This document shows, piece after piece, positions 63,272 through 64,000 of a stretch of DNA of 64,000 nucleotides. The DNA comes from Candidatus Omnitrophota bacterium. Its GTDB lineage: Bacteria; Omnitrophota; Gorgyraeia; Gygaellales; Profunditerraquicolaceae. How positions within the stretch are numbered: the first letter of the stretch is position 1; each line of letters begins with the position of its first letter. The translations under genes and the position numbers were made by a program. The notes under the pieces were generated by a model that saw only the letters and a list, made by a program, of their open reading frames with translations, was not told the DNA's origin and did no database searches. The stretch is from NCBI GenBank assembly GCA_043823435.1, contig JBDRAV010000016.1, positions 1,122 to 65,121 of the forward strand, in the 5' to 3' direction.

Positions 63272-63340
63272 GGACTGTCCCCGAGATATTGCTCTTAGCG
63301 GGTTGTTCTTAGGGGATTGTTCCTAAACAGTTCTTTATTT

Positions 63341-63502
63341 TGCGTGTGTCTTGGTTTGTTTCGTGCAGCACCGCTCGAAATTCCCCAGCGTGGAATTTCT
63401 CGCTTCAAGAAACTTCTCGCTCTCGCAGACTTCGCATTACAAGGCGAACCCTGCCCGCTCGAACTTTCTAGATGCTGCCCGAACCAACCCAATCCACCCG
63501 CG
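63341..63502. repeat. 29-bp imperfect inverted repeats enclosing a 104-nt GC-richer core (candidate structured RNA or MITE)
   Basis: The left arm TGCGTGTGTCTTGGTTTGTTTCGTGCAGC (63341-63369) matches the reverse complement of GCTGCCCGAACCAACCCAATCCACCCGCG (63474-63502) at 22 of 29 positions. The core holds GAAATTCC-ccagcgt-GGAATTTC and the direct repeat CCGCTCGAA. Confidence 0.55.
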
Positions 63503-63547
63503 AAAATCGATGATGCGAATGGCTTGAGTTATCAGGAGGATTAAGGA

Positions 63548-64000
63548 ATGCCGAATTTTTCTTTTGATATTGTTTCTGAAGTCAACCTGCAGGAAGTGGA
63601 TAACGCCGTAAATCAGGCGAGTAAAGAGTTGTCTCAGCGGTATGACTTTAAGGACAGTAAGTCGTCTATCACCTATGACAGAAAAGAGAAGAAACTGACT
63701 TTGATCGCGGATGATGACTTTAAGCTGCGTGCCCTTACTGATATCCTGGCTACCCGGTTAGCTAAAAGAGGGATTTCTTTGAAATCCCTTAAGTTCAATG
63801 AACCTGAAAAGGCATTCCAGGGATATCTGCGCCAGTTAGTGGATATATGTATGGGTATTGATAAGGAGAAGGCAAAAGAGCTGGTGGGTATTATAAAGGG
63901 ATTAGGTTTAAAAGTTCAGACACAGATCGAAGGGGAGAAGATAAGGGTGAGTTCTGGAAAGAAAGACGAATTGCAGACAGTTATCACCCATCTAAAGGGA
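63548..64000 (+). CDS. yajQ: YajQ family nucleotide-binding protein (UPF0234). First 151 codons; runs off the right edge.
   Basis: Not in the ORF track (no stop in the window). MPNFSFDIVSEVNLQEVDNAVNQASKELSQRYDFKDSKSSITYDRKEKKLTLIADDDFKL... is the YajQ N-terminal pattern. AGGAGG at 63535-63540. Confidence 0.88.
   Translation, partial: MPNFSFDIVSEVNLQEVDNAVNQASKELSQRYDFKDSKSSITYDRKEKKLTLIADDDFKLRALTDILATRLAKRGISLKSLKFNEPEKAFQGYLRQLVDICMGIDKEKAKELVGIIKGLGLKVQTQIEGEKIRVSSGKKDELQTVITHLKG

Noticed and set aside
63317-63544. The 75-aa plus-strand ORF (and the 65-aa minus-strand ORF at 63295-63492) in the panE-yajQ spacer
   Set aside because: There is no ribosome-binding site. The composition is low-complexity and cysteine/proline/leucine-rich. 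The region is better explained by inverted repeats, so it is treated as non-coding.
1-64000. Search for mobile genetic elements with genes, prophage, toxin-antitoxin or defence islands
   Set aside because: No transposase, integrase, recombinase, reverse transcriptase, nuclease-helicase defence signature or cas-like ORF was found among the supported genes. All ORFs of substantial size have housekeeping assignments.

Overview
Bacterial chromosomal window, mostly core housekeeping genes. Apart from one large gene running off the left edge on the minus strand (1-1662), every gene I can support from 1981 to 64000 is on the plus strand (about 60 CDS and 5 tRNAs). I saw no transposase, integrase, phage, cas or recognisable defence gene.

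Gene content:
- gatCAB
- ctp protease, yibQ-like deacetylase, tsaD
- MgtC, a bactofilin-HTH fusion and an HTH-membrane protein
- larB, an FmdE-domain gene, and the corrinoid half of a Wood-Ljungdahl acs cluster (acsC, RACo, cooC/acsF, acsD, acsE) without acsA or acsB
- dgkA, tRNA-Met
- a GGDEF/HD-GYP protein
- tilS-ftsH-folP-cdaA
- pdxJ, acpS, nnrD
- tRNA Thr-Tyr-Gly
- a thymidylate-synthase-fold gene coupled to a PilZ gene
- gpsA, tRNA-Pro, two more PilZ genes
- aspartate-family genes (hom, thrC, ApgM-like proposed homoserine kinase, lysC, cimA) interleaved with coaB and cstA
- valS, nadC, uvrB, coaX
- CIRCE-controlled groESL
- guaB-like gene, guaA, dnaE, hup, hisS
- a GAD-less aspS, a LysM lipoprotein
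- phoH, pgpH-like gene, ybeY, recO, panE and partial yajQ

The part the gene list does not explain is the non-coding and insertional sequence, which is built from a few recurring short-repeat systems:
1. Composite 60-180 nt elements bounded by AGGGAC...GTCCCT inverted termini. They sit directly upstream of ribosome-binding sites. One copy supplies the last codons and the stop codon of uvrB.
2. An exact 23-nt phasing shared by these boxes and by arrays of the palindrome GCACC-W-GGTGC.
3. A 39-nt hairpin-forming unit inserted in frame twice in valS.
4. Heptamer tandem arrays, typically 4 x 7 nt. They make up whole intergenic spacers and also occur in frame inside gatA, thrC and the end of hisS.
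5. A hairpin family with co-varying stems and a constant GACAR loop, clustered around the tRNA genes.

All calls come from reading the sequence and the supplied translations. No database search was run, so family assignments rest on recognised motifs and synteny. The taxon cannot be determined from this window.
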